Positions 39,980 to 54,267 of a stretch of 64,000 bases of DNA are shown piece after piece. Source of the DNA: Felis catus (taxonomy: Eukaryota); contig NC_058383.1 of the NCBI RefSeq assembly GCF_018350175.1, forward strand, positions 16,990,001 to 17,054,000, given 5' to 3'. The notes under the pieces were generated by a model. It saw only the letters and a list, made by a program, of their open reading frames with translations, was not told where the DNA came from and ran no database searches. How positions within the stretch are numbered: position 1 is the first letter of the stretch; every line of letters starts with the position of its first letter. The translations under genes were made by a program, and so were the position numbers.

Positions 39980-41555
39980 TTTATAAAAATAAAAAAGAAT
40001 TTGCTCTTTCCATATCCAAGAAAGAAAGAAGAGAAAGAAAAAAGAAAACAATTTAAGCAAAAACAGAAATAAAGAAAATGAATAAATGAACCAGCAAACA
40101 GAATTTACAAACCATAAGAGACTCTTAAATACAGAAAACAAACTGAGGGTTGATGGGGGGGTGGGGGAGAGGGAAAGTGGGTGACAGGCATTGAGGAGGT
40201 CACTTGTTGGGATGAGCACTGGGTATTGTATGGAAACCAATTTCACAATAAATAAAAAAACAGAATGAGACCTGAATGAAGTTACATCCAATTTCCCCTA
40301 GGACTGAAACTTTGAAGCACACTATAGTTCTTAGACTAAGCAGGTGGGAGGGATTTGTGCTGGTTTTCTGAGGATGTGCTCAGAGGGTGAAGTTGGGAAG
40401 GACTTGGTGTAACAGCTCCATCTTCCACTTGGTGGCACTGCTTAGCTACTGTGGTGCATCTGTGTGTGCTAGTACACATATGGGTGCACATGTGCCCACA
40501 TGCGCTCAGGGTGAAATTTGATTCACTCAGGCCCCTAGTCTCTGGTACAGGAACTTTGTGCTCTCACTGCTCTGTGATCAAGCACCCCTCGCTTGTCTCA
40601 GACCGCCACCCACTCCCCACATCTACCTTCTCCATGTCCAAGCTGTCTCCCTGCCAAGTGGCACCTCCCTCCAGACTTTTATCTCAGATGGGGCTGTGTT
40701 TCAAAACCCCACAATTTAGAGCCACCCGCATCTTAGACCCGTGCTGATTCTCTGGGGGAGGGTCTTGTGGAGCAATGGCCAGGTGCCAGCTTGTCCCAGA
40801 AAATATTTGCATGATCGTGCAGTGGCAGAGGTTCAGAGTTCATGGCAAATCGCAACACACAGCTGGCACCAAGTTTTACCACACTCTGACGTCTTTGTCC
40901 CAATATCAGCAAACGTGGTCGTTCTCAGGAGTCCGCCAGGATCTTTGCCCAAGGGGAGGATGTATGGCCTCTATCAAATGCACTCTAATCACTTCCCATG
41001 TGGCACTTGGACCCCTCAGACTACACTGCCTGCTCCTGGGGATTCAACCTATTTCCTTACCAGAGCACTGCCAGGCACTAAGCTCTGAACCTGAAGACTC
41101 TGCACTCCACTGCCTATAGAACAATAATAGATAATAGAACAAAACCTAGTGGTATTGAAACCCTCTCCTATATCCCCATCACTGGATACTTCTTGTCCAG
41201 TCCCCTGCAAGTGCTTTCACTCTTACTTTCTCACTTTCTCTCCAGGTACTATTGGGTGGAGTGATGTTCTTGCACGATCCTGATACACTGCATTCCCCCT
41301 CTTTCTCTTTCTGTCTCGTCCTCTCTCTGAAAAAACAGCTCCCTACCCTCCGCATCTTTGTGGCATTTCTCTCCCCCAACTCACCCTTCACACCACATAC
41401 CTGTCAAGTTCTGTGACTCAAATTATGCAAGATTGTTGTGTTAATCCTCGGATAAGTTTCCTAAGTGTTCAAAATGGTTTGATGCTGATCCAGCCATGTT
41501 TCAGGGACAAGACAAACTCAGAGTCCCCATACAACTCCTCCATCTTAACTCCCTC
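39980..41555 (-). mobile_element. L1 5'UTR relic with a small plus-strand L1 3' fragment inserted (~40108-40260)
   Basis: 5' end gggagttaagatggaggag at ~41551; insert flanked by aaacagaat. Confidence 0.7.
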
Positions 41556-42559
41556 CTCTGTACACAAACTCTTAAATCATGGCAGGTGGGTGTGGAGATA
41601 TACTTGTCCTGTGGCTGCCAAAACAATCTCTTGCTTATTAACCCTGCCACCTACCAGTCTGGAGCAGCCTACCTCTTTCTTCAGTCTCTCCTGACCCTCT
41701 GTTGTGCACAGGGGCAATTTTGAGAGTTCATCCTGGCGATTCCCAAGTTTGAAAACCCATGCAGTTTCTCCTCTCATCTTTATTATTAGGGAAATAAATC
41801 TTTTCCGTAGATCCTCAGATTCCCCCTTAGGTCCTGTGGACCTTGATTCAAGTAAGTTCCATCCCTAGGTTACATGAGTGCTGAGAGAGTAGTCACCTGC
41901 CTTTTAGAAGCCTAATAACAGAAGTAATTGTGCTAGCCAGGAAGAAATAGCAGGACTGATGGCTATTGAATAGGCTACCCTGAGCTTTTGGCAAATGTTA
42001 TGCCTGAAGAATAAGGTAAGGCCAAAATCCCTTTACCAAGGAACAGCTTGGACATTGTATAGTCTCAGAAGTATATGGTGGAATATAAATGACTAAATCA
42101 TGTGTGGCAGAATAAAGACACCACTTTATACTTGGATTAAATCAATGATGTTGAAAGTCTGAATCAGCCCTAGGCTCTTTGCAGTGCATATATGAGGGAG
42201 ACGTGCTTGATGGATTTTTGTTTATTGCTGAAAACCCAAGTAACAGAAAATGAGGTTTGGTTGTTTGTTTGCAATTAATGCTCACCCTGTGAGTGGCAGA
42301 AAACTGGGTGGGATCGCTGCTGATGGAGCATTTCCCTAAAGAGGTTGGTCTACATATACTTTATTTGTTGCGGATGGTGCAGTTTGTAACAACATACCTT
42401 TTAACCTTGATTAAGTGCTGAAGGAGAGAGAGAAAATTTTAAACCTGACAAAATCATGGCCTCTTGGTGTTCATCTTTGCAGTGCTGTATGGAAATATAC
42501 GTTAGTAGGAGACTCCTTTCACACTAAAGTAATGTTAGGGAGAAATACAGTCCTTTGAA

Positions 42560-42773
42560 TTTTTTTTTTAATGTTTATTTATTTTTGAGACAGAGAGAGA
42601 CAGAGCATGAATGGGGGAGGGGCAGAGAGAGAGGGAGACACAGAATGTGAAGCAGACTCCAGACTCTGAGCTGTCAGCACAGAGCCCGACGCGGGGCTCG
42701 AACTCACAGACCGTGAGATCATGACCTGAGCTGAAGTCGGACACTCAACCGACGGAGCCACCCAGGCGCCCCC
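42560..42773 (-). mobile_element. SINEC_Fc-like SINE
   Basis: Canonical body; imperfect TSD agtcc..tgaattttt. Confidence 0.92.
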
Positions 42774-42789
42774 AGTCCCATGAATTTTT

Positions 42790-44235
42790 ATTTTTATTTT
42801 AAATTGTGGTAAAGTACACATAAGATGAAATGTGTCATCTTAATCATTTTTACGTGTATAGTTCAGTAGTATCAAGCACATTCCCATTTTTGTGCAACCA
42901 TTCCTCCCATCCTTCTCCAGAACTCTTTTTGTCTTGCAAAACTGAACCTCTATATCCATCAGACAATGACTCCCTATTCCCATCAACTCCCAGCTCTTAG
43001 TAACCACCATCTTACTTTGTGTCGCTATAAATTTGACTATTTTAGGTACCTCACCTAAGTGGAATCAAAGAGTGTTTGTCTTTCTGTACCTGGCTTATTT
43101 CACTTAGCATAGCGTCCTCAAGTTTCATCCACATTATAGCATATGTCAGAATTTCTTTCTTTTTCAGGCTGAATAAGCACTATTTCATTAGCATTTTATT
43201 TATCCATTGATGGACACTTGGATTGCTTCTATCCTTTGGCTATTGTGAATAATATCTCTATGAACATGAGTGTACAAATATCTCTTCAAGATTCTGCTTT
43301 CAGTACCTTCTGGGTACATAGCAGAAGTAGAATTCCTATGTCATATGGCAATTCTATTTTTAATTATTTGAGGAACCACCAAACCGCTTTCCATAGAAGC
43401 CACACCACTTTACATTTTCATTAATAGTGCCCATGGGCTGTAACTTTTCCATATCCTTCCCCAAACTTGTTATTTTATATTTTAAAAAAGACAATGTTCA
43501 TCCTAATGGTTGTGAGGTGGTTTTTCATTGTGGCTTTGATTTGCATTTCCCTAATGATTAGTGATGCTGAACATCTTTTCATGTGTTTGTTAGCCATCTG
43601 TATATCTTTGGAATATATATAATTAATATAATATAATATAATATAATATAATATAATATATATATTATAGCCATCTGTATATCTTTGGAATATATATTAT
43701 ATTATATATAAATTATATAATATAATATAAAATTTAATATATTTAAACATATTTAAATTTATTAAATATATAATATATATTTATATATTATAAATACTAA
43801 ATATATTTAAATATATTTATATTATATATTATATTAAATATATACATTATAAATATATTATATATGTATATTTATTTAATGTCTTTTGCCCATTAAAAAA
43901 TTGTGGTTATTGCTGTTGAGCTGTAAGAGTTCTTTAGATATTCTGGATATTAACCTCTTATCAGATATATGATTTGCAAATATTTTCTCCTATTCCATCT
44001 TTTCACTCTGTTGATGGTGTCCTTCAATGCACAGAATTAATTTTGATGAAGTTCAATTTATCTATTTTTTTTGTTGTGGTTGTTGTCTGTTCTTTTGGTG
44101 TCATATCCATGAAATGATTGCCAAATCCAATGTAATGAATTTTTCAGGAATCCAGCTTCTCCTATTTTCAAAGGGTGTTGTAGGTTAACTAACTCACTTA
44201 GGTCTTTGAGCCATTTGAGTTATTTTTTGTACATG
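42790..44235 (-). mobile_element. Old L1 (L1MA/L1MB-type) 3' portion with an AT-rich expansion at 43610-43880
   Basis: 3'UTR and ORF2-end motifs. Confidence 0.75.
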
Positions 44236-44749
44236 TTTGAGGCATTTTGAGCTAATTATAAAGATACACAATAATTGTCTCCTCGGCATTGCATCTGGGC
44301 ACATGTTTGTTTATTAAATAAAATATTTTTTCTTCTTAAGGCTAGCTAAAGAAATATTCTTGAGTAGGGTTAGTTTGTAAAGCAATAGACAGACAAAATT
44401 TGAGTATATAATACAATCCAAGGATGATAGTATGTCAGAAGGGGAAAAGACCTTGCACCATGGTCTTCATTTATTCCAGCCAATCTTTGGCTCTGAGAGC
44501 ACACTCCCCATCAAGTTCACCCCTTTTAAGGCCACTCAGGCAATGGTAAGGGGCCAGCTTCAAGCTTTTAGATGTGGGTATCCAGTTTTGCCACCTTGTG
44601 CCTCTTTTTAATCCTCTCTCTTCCATCCTCAGGCAACCACTGATCTTATTTCTGTTACTATATGTTAGTTTGCATTTTAAAAAGATTTTCTATACATCAT
44701 ATCACATAGAATTTGTTATTTTTCATTAGGCTTCTTTCACTCAAGATAA

Positions 44750-45155
44750 TTACCTTTATTTATTTGTTTATTTATTTATATTCAAGTCAGTTAACGTACA
44801 GTGTAGTATTGGTTTTAGGAGTAAAACCCAGTGATTCGTCGCTCATATAACACCTAGTGCTCATCCCAACAACTTCCCTCCTTAATGCTGTCACCCATTT
44901 AGCAGATACCCCCCTCCCCGCCTTCTCTCCAGCAACCCTGAGTTTGTTCCCTGTATTTAAGAGTCTCTTATGGTTTGCCTCCTTCTCTGTTTCATCTTAT
45001 TTTTTCTTCCTTCCCTTAGGTTGATCTGTTTTGTTTCTTAAATTCCACATATGAGTGAAATCACATGGTATTTGTCTTTCTCTGACTGACTTACTTTGCT
45101 TAGCACAATACACTCTAGTTCCATCCACGTTGTTGCAAAAGGCAAGATTTTATTT
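44750..45155 (-). mobile_element. Carnivore L1 3' end fragment
   Basis: gtatttaagagtctcttatggtttgcc motif. Confidence 0.8.
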
Positions 45156-46039
45156 TGAGATTCGTCCATATTGTTGTTGGTATCAATACTTCTTTCCTTT
45201 TTATTGCTGAGTAGTATTCCATTGTAATCATATGGGATTTAAAAATTAACGCGGTTTAAAGCATTTTATCAGAGTCAGAAGATAACTTGTAGGTCCAGTT
45301 TTAAAATTTCAAGTAGTTTTTTCAAGCTTCCATCTTAGCAATATATTGTTCCACATATTAAAGAGACTAAACCTGTCCCGCTAGGACCAAAGTAGCACAA
45401 TTTTAAATATTAAGGACAGGCTTTGGGAATTTCTTAAGACCAAATTGTGTTACAAACTTTCCCCCAGACTTTAAGATGTTCTTTACTCATCAAAGAAAGA
45501 CAAAGATGATGCATTGTTAGACATATTTTAACACACATCCAAATGGTGCAGCACAGCATAGAATCTTTGATCAAATGCAATCCAAGACAGGGCTAGGAGT
45601 CCATTTGCTACTATCCTTGAATCTCAGCACCCAAACTTCTCTCTTTGGAATTCTCATTGACTTAAAGCCTAAGAAAATTCTGAAAGTGATCTGAGAGACT
45701 TCTCCATAACTTAGGGTTTACATTTTATCTGAAAATATAGAAATATACACAGCTGTCAACACATGCTACTATCCTGTTGACTTATAATTTTCATCAGGAT
45801 TTTCTTGTTTAATCAAATAAAAAGTAGGGACCAACCCCCCCCCCCCACACACACACACATACTCACTAAATGTGGAAATTAAGCTGTGTGGACCTGTGGT
45901 CATGATTTCCATTACTGAGGCAGGCAGAAGTCATTCTGGTGAAAGATGGGAAACACATCGTCCTTCACACTGATTTGAAAAAATTATTAAATGTGTTGCT
46001 TAATTTTTTTTAAGTGCAGCTATAATGGTTCTGAGCATC

Positions 46040-49000
46040 CCAATCCCAATGAAGTTTGTGTGTGATGTTTTCCCACAAATGAGCAATTCTTCAACACCAA
46101 CTGTGTGCCTTACAATTCAACTCAATTTGACACTATCTACCTGGAGATTCCACAGATTAAGGATTCAGTCCTACAAGACTGCCCTCTACTGCCATTTCAG
46201 ATGCCAACTGTAGGTCCGGTTTGTCATTTGTGCTTCTGACCAACAGACTACAGACTGGAGGTTTCAGCAACCCGCCCCCATTGGGTTAATTTGCTAGAGC
46301 AGATCACAAAACTCATAAAAACATTTTACTTTCCAGGTAACCAATTTATTATAAAAGATATAAAGAATAGTGAGACAGGAGAAATACACGTGGTAAGGTT
46401 TGGGAAAAGGTGAGAGCTTCTGTGCCACCTCCAACTTCATCACTCTCCCTAAATTTCTGTGTGTTTACCAACCAGAAGCTCTCCAAACCCATCCCTTTGG
46501 GTTTTTCTGGAGGCATCGTTACATAGGCATGATCAAATCATTGGCTGTTGGTGATTGGTTTAACCCTAGCCCCTCTTCCTTCCCAGGATGTTGTTATTTC
46601 AGGGTGGACCTGAAGGTTCCGAACACATTGTTGTACCTACTGGCAACTAGCCCCTACCCTTAGGTGATTTTCAAAGTCACCTCAGCAATGTAACAGAAGA
46701 TACCTTTATCACTGCACAGTGAAAGTGTTGTAAAACTGGCCAAACAGCACAAACTTGTCAAACCCCCTGACCGGTAAAATGGGTTCCCTGATCACCATGA
46801 AGTTTTAGAGGGGTTCCCCAGGTAGGAATAATCTTTTCTAACAGAATTTTAGCCACGGAAGAGATGCAAGCCTATCCACGAAGGAAAAGATTTGGTCCAG
46901 TGAGAAAACATACAAACTACGAGATGGAGAAGTTGTATGAAATCCATCCATATGAACAGCTTTTCCTGGATTATACTTTGGACAAGTGGGACAAGTAAGG
47001 TAGGCCCTTCTTATGGTCTTATTAACTGTTCTCCACCAATATGGGTCCACGAATGCTGTCATTTTGTCAGTACACCAATGGCTTAATGCATGTTACAATT
47101 ACAAGTATTGAGAATTTTAGAATTACTGGAATGACCAGATTGTTATTTGGCCGAAACCAGAGTTCTCTTTCTCTCTTTTTATCAAACCAGTAATTAATAA
47201 ATTTCCAATATTGCTTCTCCTTTTCTGTGGTCATGTTTCCCCAATTTTTTTCTGGTCAATTTTCCCAAAACTTATCATTCGGGAGAACATCCCTTTGGAA
47301 CATGACAGAGATTTGGCTATTGGTCTCATTATAAGCAGCATTTTTGGTACATATGTCAGTGAGGTGGCTTCTGTTGGCATCTATGGAGTTGAGTCTGGAA
47401 TACCCCAGAACCTTAATAACAGCTAGAGCCACATGCAAAAGTATGACATCTAATAAATGTTGTACATAGGAGCCATTTTAAATCTTATCCCCATTGGGGG
47501 TAAGGAAACCTCATTGTTTCTATAATATTTGAAAATCATGAGCTACTCCAGAGGCATACTGACTATCAGTATAAATATTTGTGGTTTTATCCTTGGCTAA
47601 AGTATAAGCTTGAGTAAGGGTGTATAATTCAGCTGTAATAGCCAAAGGTAAAAGTGCTGCAATGACTGCAATGACTTCAAAGAGAGTTGCAATAGCATAC
47701 CCAGGACAATATTTACCATTTTTATCCTTTAAATAAGAACCATCAGGAAACTATGAACAACGTGTATTGGTTAGAGGAGTTATCTGTAAATTTTCATTGG
47801 GATTGAAAAGGTAACCTGCCGGTATTAAGCAGTTGTGAGGAGTTTCTTCTGGATCAAATGCAGTCCTTGTTTTGAGATCCAATTCCCTAAGTATCTAACC
47901 TGAGACTGAGTAAACTGTAATCTTTCTTTGCAGACTTTGTGTCCTTTAAGGCCAAGAACTTTTCTGTGAAGAGGTTTGAGGAAGGGGAAGGGAGAAGCAA
48001 ATCATCTGTATACCGTAATAAATTAGAGCCTGTAGAAGACTTTATATCATCTAAATCAGCTTTTAAGATTTGTAAAGGTGGGAAGGACTCTCTGTGAATC
48101 CCCAGGGCATTATTGTCCAGGTGTATTTCTGTTCTTTCCTGTAAAAGACAAAAAAATATATTGGTTATCTTTATCAACTGGAATACTAAAAATGCACTGC
48201 ATAAAACAATTATAGTGAAGAGTTTGCTCTCAGTGGGAATGGATGTTAGCACATGGGGGTTATGAACTTTAGGGTACTGGGGGATAACTGTGGTTATTTG
48301 TATTTATTGCTCAGAGGTCTTGGAGAAACCTCCATCCGTGGCCATTGGGTTTTCTCACAGGGAAAACAGAGGTGTTGCAGGGACCATTGGAAGGGGTAAT
48401 TAGACCCTGAGCTTTGTAATCTTTTATAATGGGCTTGATGCCTTGAAGGACTTCTTTATAAGGTATTGATTATTATGGGAGGAGGCTTTAAAGGATCTAT
48501 TTACATCCTGATGGGAGATGCAGTGTAGATTCTGCCCATATAAGTTGAGGATTTTCTTGCATAAAGAGGATGGTATCAGATCTAATAAGAATAAATAATC
48601 AGTGTCCGCAGACTCAGCAATAGTGCTGTCAGAGACAGAAAAAACAAAAGATGTCGAATGGTCATTTAATTCCCCTAGTTGGCTACTTTGGTTACAACTG
48701 TCAAGTTCTGGAATGATTTCCCCCTTTTGGGAGAGATTTTGCTATGATACTTTTCTAAGAAATCTTGGTCCGATAAATGAATAAGGGCATAAGAACAAAG
48801 GAGAAAAAGGATGGGTGTCTCTCAAGGGGCCTAGATAAAAGAAAATATGCTCAGAGGCAGGAAACTATTGAAGCTTATTAGACACCCCCAGTATTTGAGC
48901 TGTTTTAGTGCTCCAAGACAGGGACTGCTTTATATCAGGGGTATTAAGCGCTGAGAGTGTAGGTCTGATATCAATAAGGACAGAGAGAGATTAATTACCA

Positions 49001-49530
49001 ATCTGAAAAGTGTTTTTTCTGAGCTGATTAAGAAGAAGGATTGGGAAGAGCCCTTGTAGTTCCCTGGACCATGTCACTGGCAATTCAGAGGGCTTTGGAA
49101 AGACTGACCAGAGGGCTGAGGATGCATGGAACATTTAAATTTGTAACAATCTCTCTCTTTTTTTTAAATTCAATAATAGCAGAAAGCCTATTTGGTTTCG
49201 TTCAAGGGTCTTCATTTTCTGGAGTTGAACATTGAGAATTTTAGCAATCTTTCTTCTAGTTGACTCATGTAGGGCGTGAGTTGCCTTGCCATATTAAGTA
49301 TATTTGGAGTGGGTTACTTCCCATTCCATTCTGCTCCTCTTTAACTAAAAGAGAAAAGCTTAACCCTCTGATAAACATAGAGTTAAATGCTACCTAGGTG
49401 GATTCAACATCTAAAAGAAGATCAGAATTTTGCTTAAAGACAATTTGGAGTTGATTGTAATAATCATTAACACATTCATCCAGCTTTGGTGTGCAAGCCT
49501 GAATTTTGTTCTAATCAACAGGCTTAGGAA
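46040..49530 (-). mobile_element. Decayed class I (ERV1) provirus: MER21-like LTR ~46040-46725 plus gag/pro/pol relics
   Basis: RT LLRYTDDLLL (ORF 47887-48252), RNase H NIYTDS (~47570), integrase TCPTCPKYNPGK (ORF 46838-47062), protease-like LSVLID (~48975), in retroviral order. Confidence 0.82.
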
Positions 49531-49535
49531 AAGTT

Positions 49536-50830
49536 ATTGTTTTTTTTTTAATATGAAATTTATTGTCAAATTGGTTTCCATACAACACCCAGTGCTCGTC
49601 CCAACAGGTGCCCTCCCCAACACCCACTACCCACCCTCCCCAACCTCCCACCCCCCATCAACCCTCAGTTTGTTCCCAGTTTTTAAAAGTCTCTTATGTT
49701 TGGATCCTTCCCTCTCCAACCTTTCTTTTTTTGTTGATCCTTCCCCTCCCTCATGGTCTTCTGGTAAGTTTCTCAGGATCCACATGAGAGTGAAAACATA
49801 TGGTATCTGTCTTTCTCTGTAGGACTTATTTCACTTAGCATAACACTCTCCAGTTCCATCCACGTTGCTACAAAGGGCCCTATTTCATTCTTTCTCATTG
49901 CCACGTAGTATTCCATTGTGTATATAAACCATAATTTCTTTATCCATTCATCGGTTGATGGACATTTAGACTCTTTCCATAATTTGGCTATTGTTGAAAG
50001 TGCTGCTATAAACATTGAGGTACAAGTGCTCCTATGCATCAGCACTCCTGTATCCCTTGGGTAAATTCCTAGCAGTGCTATTGCTGGGTCATAGGGTAGA
50101 TCTATTTTTAATTTTTTTTATTTTTTTAAATGTTTTATTTATTTTTGAGACAGAGAGAGACAGAGCATGAACGGGGGAGTGGCAGAGAGAGGGGGAGACA
50201 CAGAATCGGAAGCAGGCTCCAGGCTCTGAGACATCAGCCCAGAGCCCGACTCGGGGCTCGAACTCACGGACCGCGAGATCGTGACCTGAGCTGAAGTCGG
50301 TCACTCAACTGACTGAGCCACCCAGGCGCCCCTCTATTTTTAATTTTTTGAGGAACCTCCACACTGTTTCCCAGAATGGCTGCACCCGTTTGCATTCCCA
50401 CCAACAGTGCAAGAGGGTTCCCATTTGTCCACATCCTCTCCAGCATCTATAGTCTCCTGATTCGTTCATTTTAGCCACTCTGACTGGCGTGAGATGGTAT
50501 CTGAGTGTGGTTTTGATTTGTATTTCCCTGATGAGGAGCGACATTGAGCATCTTTTCATGTGCCTGTTGGCCATCTGGATATCTTCTTTAGAGAAGTGTC
50601 TATTCATCTTTTCTGCCCATTTCTTCACTGGATTATTTGTTTTTTGGGTGGAGAGTTTGGTGAGCTCTTTAGAGATTTTGGATACTAACCCTTTGTCCGA
50701 TATGTCATTTGCAAATATCTTTTCCCATTCCGTTGGTTGCCTTTTAGTTTTGTTGATTGTTTCCTTTGCTGTGCAGAAGCTTTTTATCTTCATGAGGTCC
50801 CAATAGTTCATATTTGCTTTTAATTCCCTA
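49536..50830 (-). mobile_element. 5'-truncated felid L1 with a nested SINE (50112-50332)
   Basis: ORF2 C-terminal peptides; SINE TSD tctatttttaatttttt. Confidence 0.9.
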
Positions 50831-50834
50831 AAAC

Positions 50835-51500
50835 CCTATTGAGAATGAGAGAACAAGCTGGGGAAAGGCAGAGAGAAGGAGAGACGGAATCCCAAGCAGG
50901 CTCTGCCATTAGCACAGAGCCTGATGTGGGACTTGAACCCACACACTGTGAGATCATGACCTGAACCGAGATCAAGAGTCACATGTGTAACCAGCTGCGC
51001 CACTCAGGCGCCCCTCTATTTTTAGTTTTTTGAGTAACCTCCATAGTGTTTTCCAGAGTGGCTGCACCAGTTTGCATTCCCACCAACAGTGCAAAGAAGT
51101 TTCCCCTTTCTCCCAACACCTGTTGTTTCTTGTGTTTAATTTCAGCCATTCAGACAGGTGTAAGGTGTTATCTCATCATGGTTTTGATTTATATTTCCCT
51201 GATGATACATGATGTTGAGCATCTTTTCATGTGTCCATTTACCATCTAGATGTCTTCTTTGGAAAAGTGTCCAATTCATGTCTTCTGCCCATTTCTTAAC
51301 TGGGTTGTTTTTTGGGTTTTGAGTTTGATAAGTTCTTTATAGATTTTGGGTGCTAACCCTTAATTAGATATGTCATTTGCCAATATCTTCTCCCATTCTC
51401 TAGGCTGCCTTTTAGTTTGGTTGAAGGTTACCATGCTGTGCAGAAGCTTTTTATCTTGAAGTATCAATAGTTCATGTTTGCTTTTGTTTCCCTTGCCTTT
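50835..51500 (-). mobile_element. SINE (~50835-51014) plus L1 ORF2 fragment
   Basis: cactcaggcgcccc SINE head followed by L1 sequence. Confidence 0.75.
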
Positions 51501-51507
51501 GATGATG

Positions 51508-53235
51508 AAAACAACTTCACTTCTAAAAGCAATTTTATTTTGTCTTGGTTATAAACAAGGGGGTTTGAAATCATATTAAACCAATATACAACACATGTGC
51601 TTCTCACCCATTTCTGATACGTTGGAGCTCCCAACGACCCCTTTCTTGGGTTTAATTTCCTAGAGTAGCTCACAGAACTCGGCAAAACATTTTACTTACC
51701 AAATTACAGATTTATTATAAAAGGATATAACTCACATACAGTGAGATGGAAGAGATGCCTAGGGCAAGGTATAGGGAAAGGGCATGAAGCATTCATGTCC
51801 TCTCTAATCATGGCATTCTCCCCAAATCTCCATGTTTTTGCCTACCAGAATTCCGTGCTTTTGGATTTTTATGAAGGCTTCAGTACATAGGTGTGATTAA
51901 TTAAATCATTCATTGCGCATTGATGATTGAACCCAATCTCCAGCCCCTCTCTCCTCCCAGGAAATTGGGGAGGTGGGACTGAAACTTCCAAACCTCTAAT
52001 CCCATGATTGGCTCTACTGGCAGCCAGTCACATTTTTAAAATAAATATCTATTCATTTTTGAGAGAGAGAGACTGAGTGGGGCAGGGGCAGAGATAGAGG
52101 GGGTACAGAGGATCTGAAGCGGGCTCTGCGTTGACAGCAGTGAGCCCAATATGGGGTTTGTACTCATGAACCATGAGATCATGACGGAGCTGATGTTAGA
52201 CATTCAACTAACTGAGCCACTCAGGCACTGTGACCAGTTCCCATTTTTAGTTGCTTCCCCAAGGTCCCCTTGTAACATGAGACACTTATATTGTTCTTAT
52301 AACTTAGGAATTCTAAGAATTTTAGGAGCTCTGTGCCAGAGAAGACAAAGACCAAATATATGTTTATTATAAATTATCATACCAAAAGCTTTAAAAGTTT
52401 TACAAAGAGTTGGTGGTTCTGCTAAGTGTGGAACCCCTATTAAGTGCCCTGAAGATACTAGAGTTGAGGAACATCAACCTACAGTAACTGTTGAAGGAAA
52501 ACTCATTAACAGGCCTAGGAGAAAGATACTTTTGTGGCACTGTGTGGTTTTCATAAGTATTTGAATATCTTTTTGCAATATGCCCTTATTATTGTTGTTG
52601 TTTTTTAATGAGTGGAAACTAAACAGAAAAACTTTTGCTGAGACAAGTGATAATAAAATTGAGCAAAATTGGAAATCTTTACAGTTGCTGAAATCAGCGA
52701 AATATTAGTTACCCTCAAGCTTTGCTTGGGAAAGGAAGTCCCAAATTAAAGATTATGTATGAAATGTTAATTCATTTGAGATTGTGTCTAAAAGATGAGG
52801 TGTGCTATAGATGGAGGACACGAAGATATCTTTACATTTTGTGTTAAGGAAGACCACCAAAAATTATTTTGTGGTTCCAAACACAGAGAGAAGTTCACAG
52901 GTTCACAGAACTGATGAGAGGGTGCCATTTGCTACAGACACCTTAGCACAAGAGGGAGAAGCTTGTTGCTCAACTGTCCTTGACATTCTTTGCAGGAAGT
53001 AGGTAAATCAGCCTCAAAGCCAGCAATCATACATAATCTTTGGCCCCATTCCCTGCATCAGTGCCCTTCCCACCATCTACTTAATTTTTTCTGTATATTA
53101 AATATCAACGCAAGTAAATTGACCTAAAATTTTTGTTTAGAGATGATTTTATATTGTCTATAGTTGACATGTAAACTACATTTTTAGTATTTTAACTGTC
53201 ACATATATACTTAAAATAACATGCCATAGTTAGGG
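51508..53235 (+). repeat. Direct-orientation duplicated block, copy 2; LTR portion ~51560-52390 carries a SINE at ~52040-52228
   Basis: Co-linear with 19583-21100 on the same strand. Confidence 0.88.
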
Positions 53236-54079
53236 ATTTTGTCATATATTTTACCCTTCTAATTCTATTCCTGGTACTATACTCAGTACCTTTTTTTCAT
53301 GTTTTTGAGAAACATTCATATATGCTTAATTATAGAATATTCAAAACACAAAGAATATTACAGAGAATAAATAACAACCACACATTTATCTATCTTTTCC
53401 ACATTTAAAAATGTTAAAATATTAAAGTATTAAATATTAAAATATCAAGAGTTGAATGTTAAATTTAACAAATGTCAGAAGTTCCCTCTCCACCTCAAAA
53501 CTGAGGCAATCACTGTTCTATATCTATCCTTAACAGATTAGTTTTGCCTGTTCATGTGAAACGAATCAACATTTTGCAGTCTGGTGTCTGATTTCTATTA
53601 CTTATGACAAAGTTGAGATTCATCCATGTTCTTACACCTATCTGTAGTCTCTTTTCTTTTATTGTTGACTGGTAAGCCCTTTTATGGCTACTAAGCCCAT
53701 TTACCAGTTTTATGGCTACTAAGCCCATTTACCAGATTTTCCTCTCGATGGAGTCTGGTTTTATAAACAACACTGTAACTCCTGCTACACCCCCAACACT
53801 GCTATCTGAGGTGGAGGTCTGCCTTTCTCCAGACTCACATCCGTGAAGTGGGGGCTCTGTAGCCATCTGTTTCACCCCCTTTCAGTCATATGCACTTTGG
53901 TTTCTGGGCCCCAGGGGGGTCCCAGATTTCCCTGGGTATCAACTGGGTCTCAAGGGATGGGGGAGGGTGGACTTCTGGGAAAGCCAAGCCCTGGACAAGG
54001 AAGCCAGATCTCTAGAGGTGGTGGCGGTGGGAGAGTATGGGCGATTTTCTCCAAGGGTGTCTTTGGCCTCCTGTCCCTG

Positions 54080-54233
54080 CCTCTGTTCTATGATTAACCA
54101 AAGACTTCCTCACTATGCCCCTCCTTCTGTCACTTGAAGGCCTGAGTCATTATTTTAATTCTCCCCGAGGACACTGAGCATCCTTCAGTGCTCTACTGCT
54201 CGGCTCTTCACGCCTCCTTCAATACGCTGCTCA
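54080..54233 (+). promoter_or_regulatory. Proximal promoter/5'UTR of copy R (PU.1/ETS and AP-1 motifs)
   Basis: ACTTCCTC 54104-54111 and TGAGTCA 54143-54149; motif match only. Confidence 0.55.
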
Positions 54234-54236
54234 ATG

Positions 54237-54267
54237 ATGGCTTTTGGAATTATGCTCCTCTTAGGTG
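54237..54267 (+). CDS. ITGAD: ITGAD copy R exon 1 (coding part)
   Basis: ATGGCTTTTGGAATTATGCTCCTCTTAGGTG/gtaagt. Confidence 0.86.
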
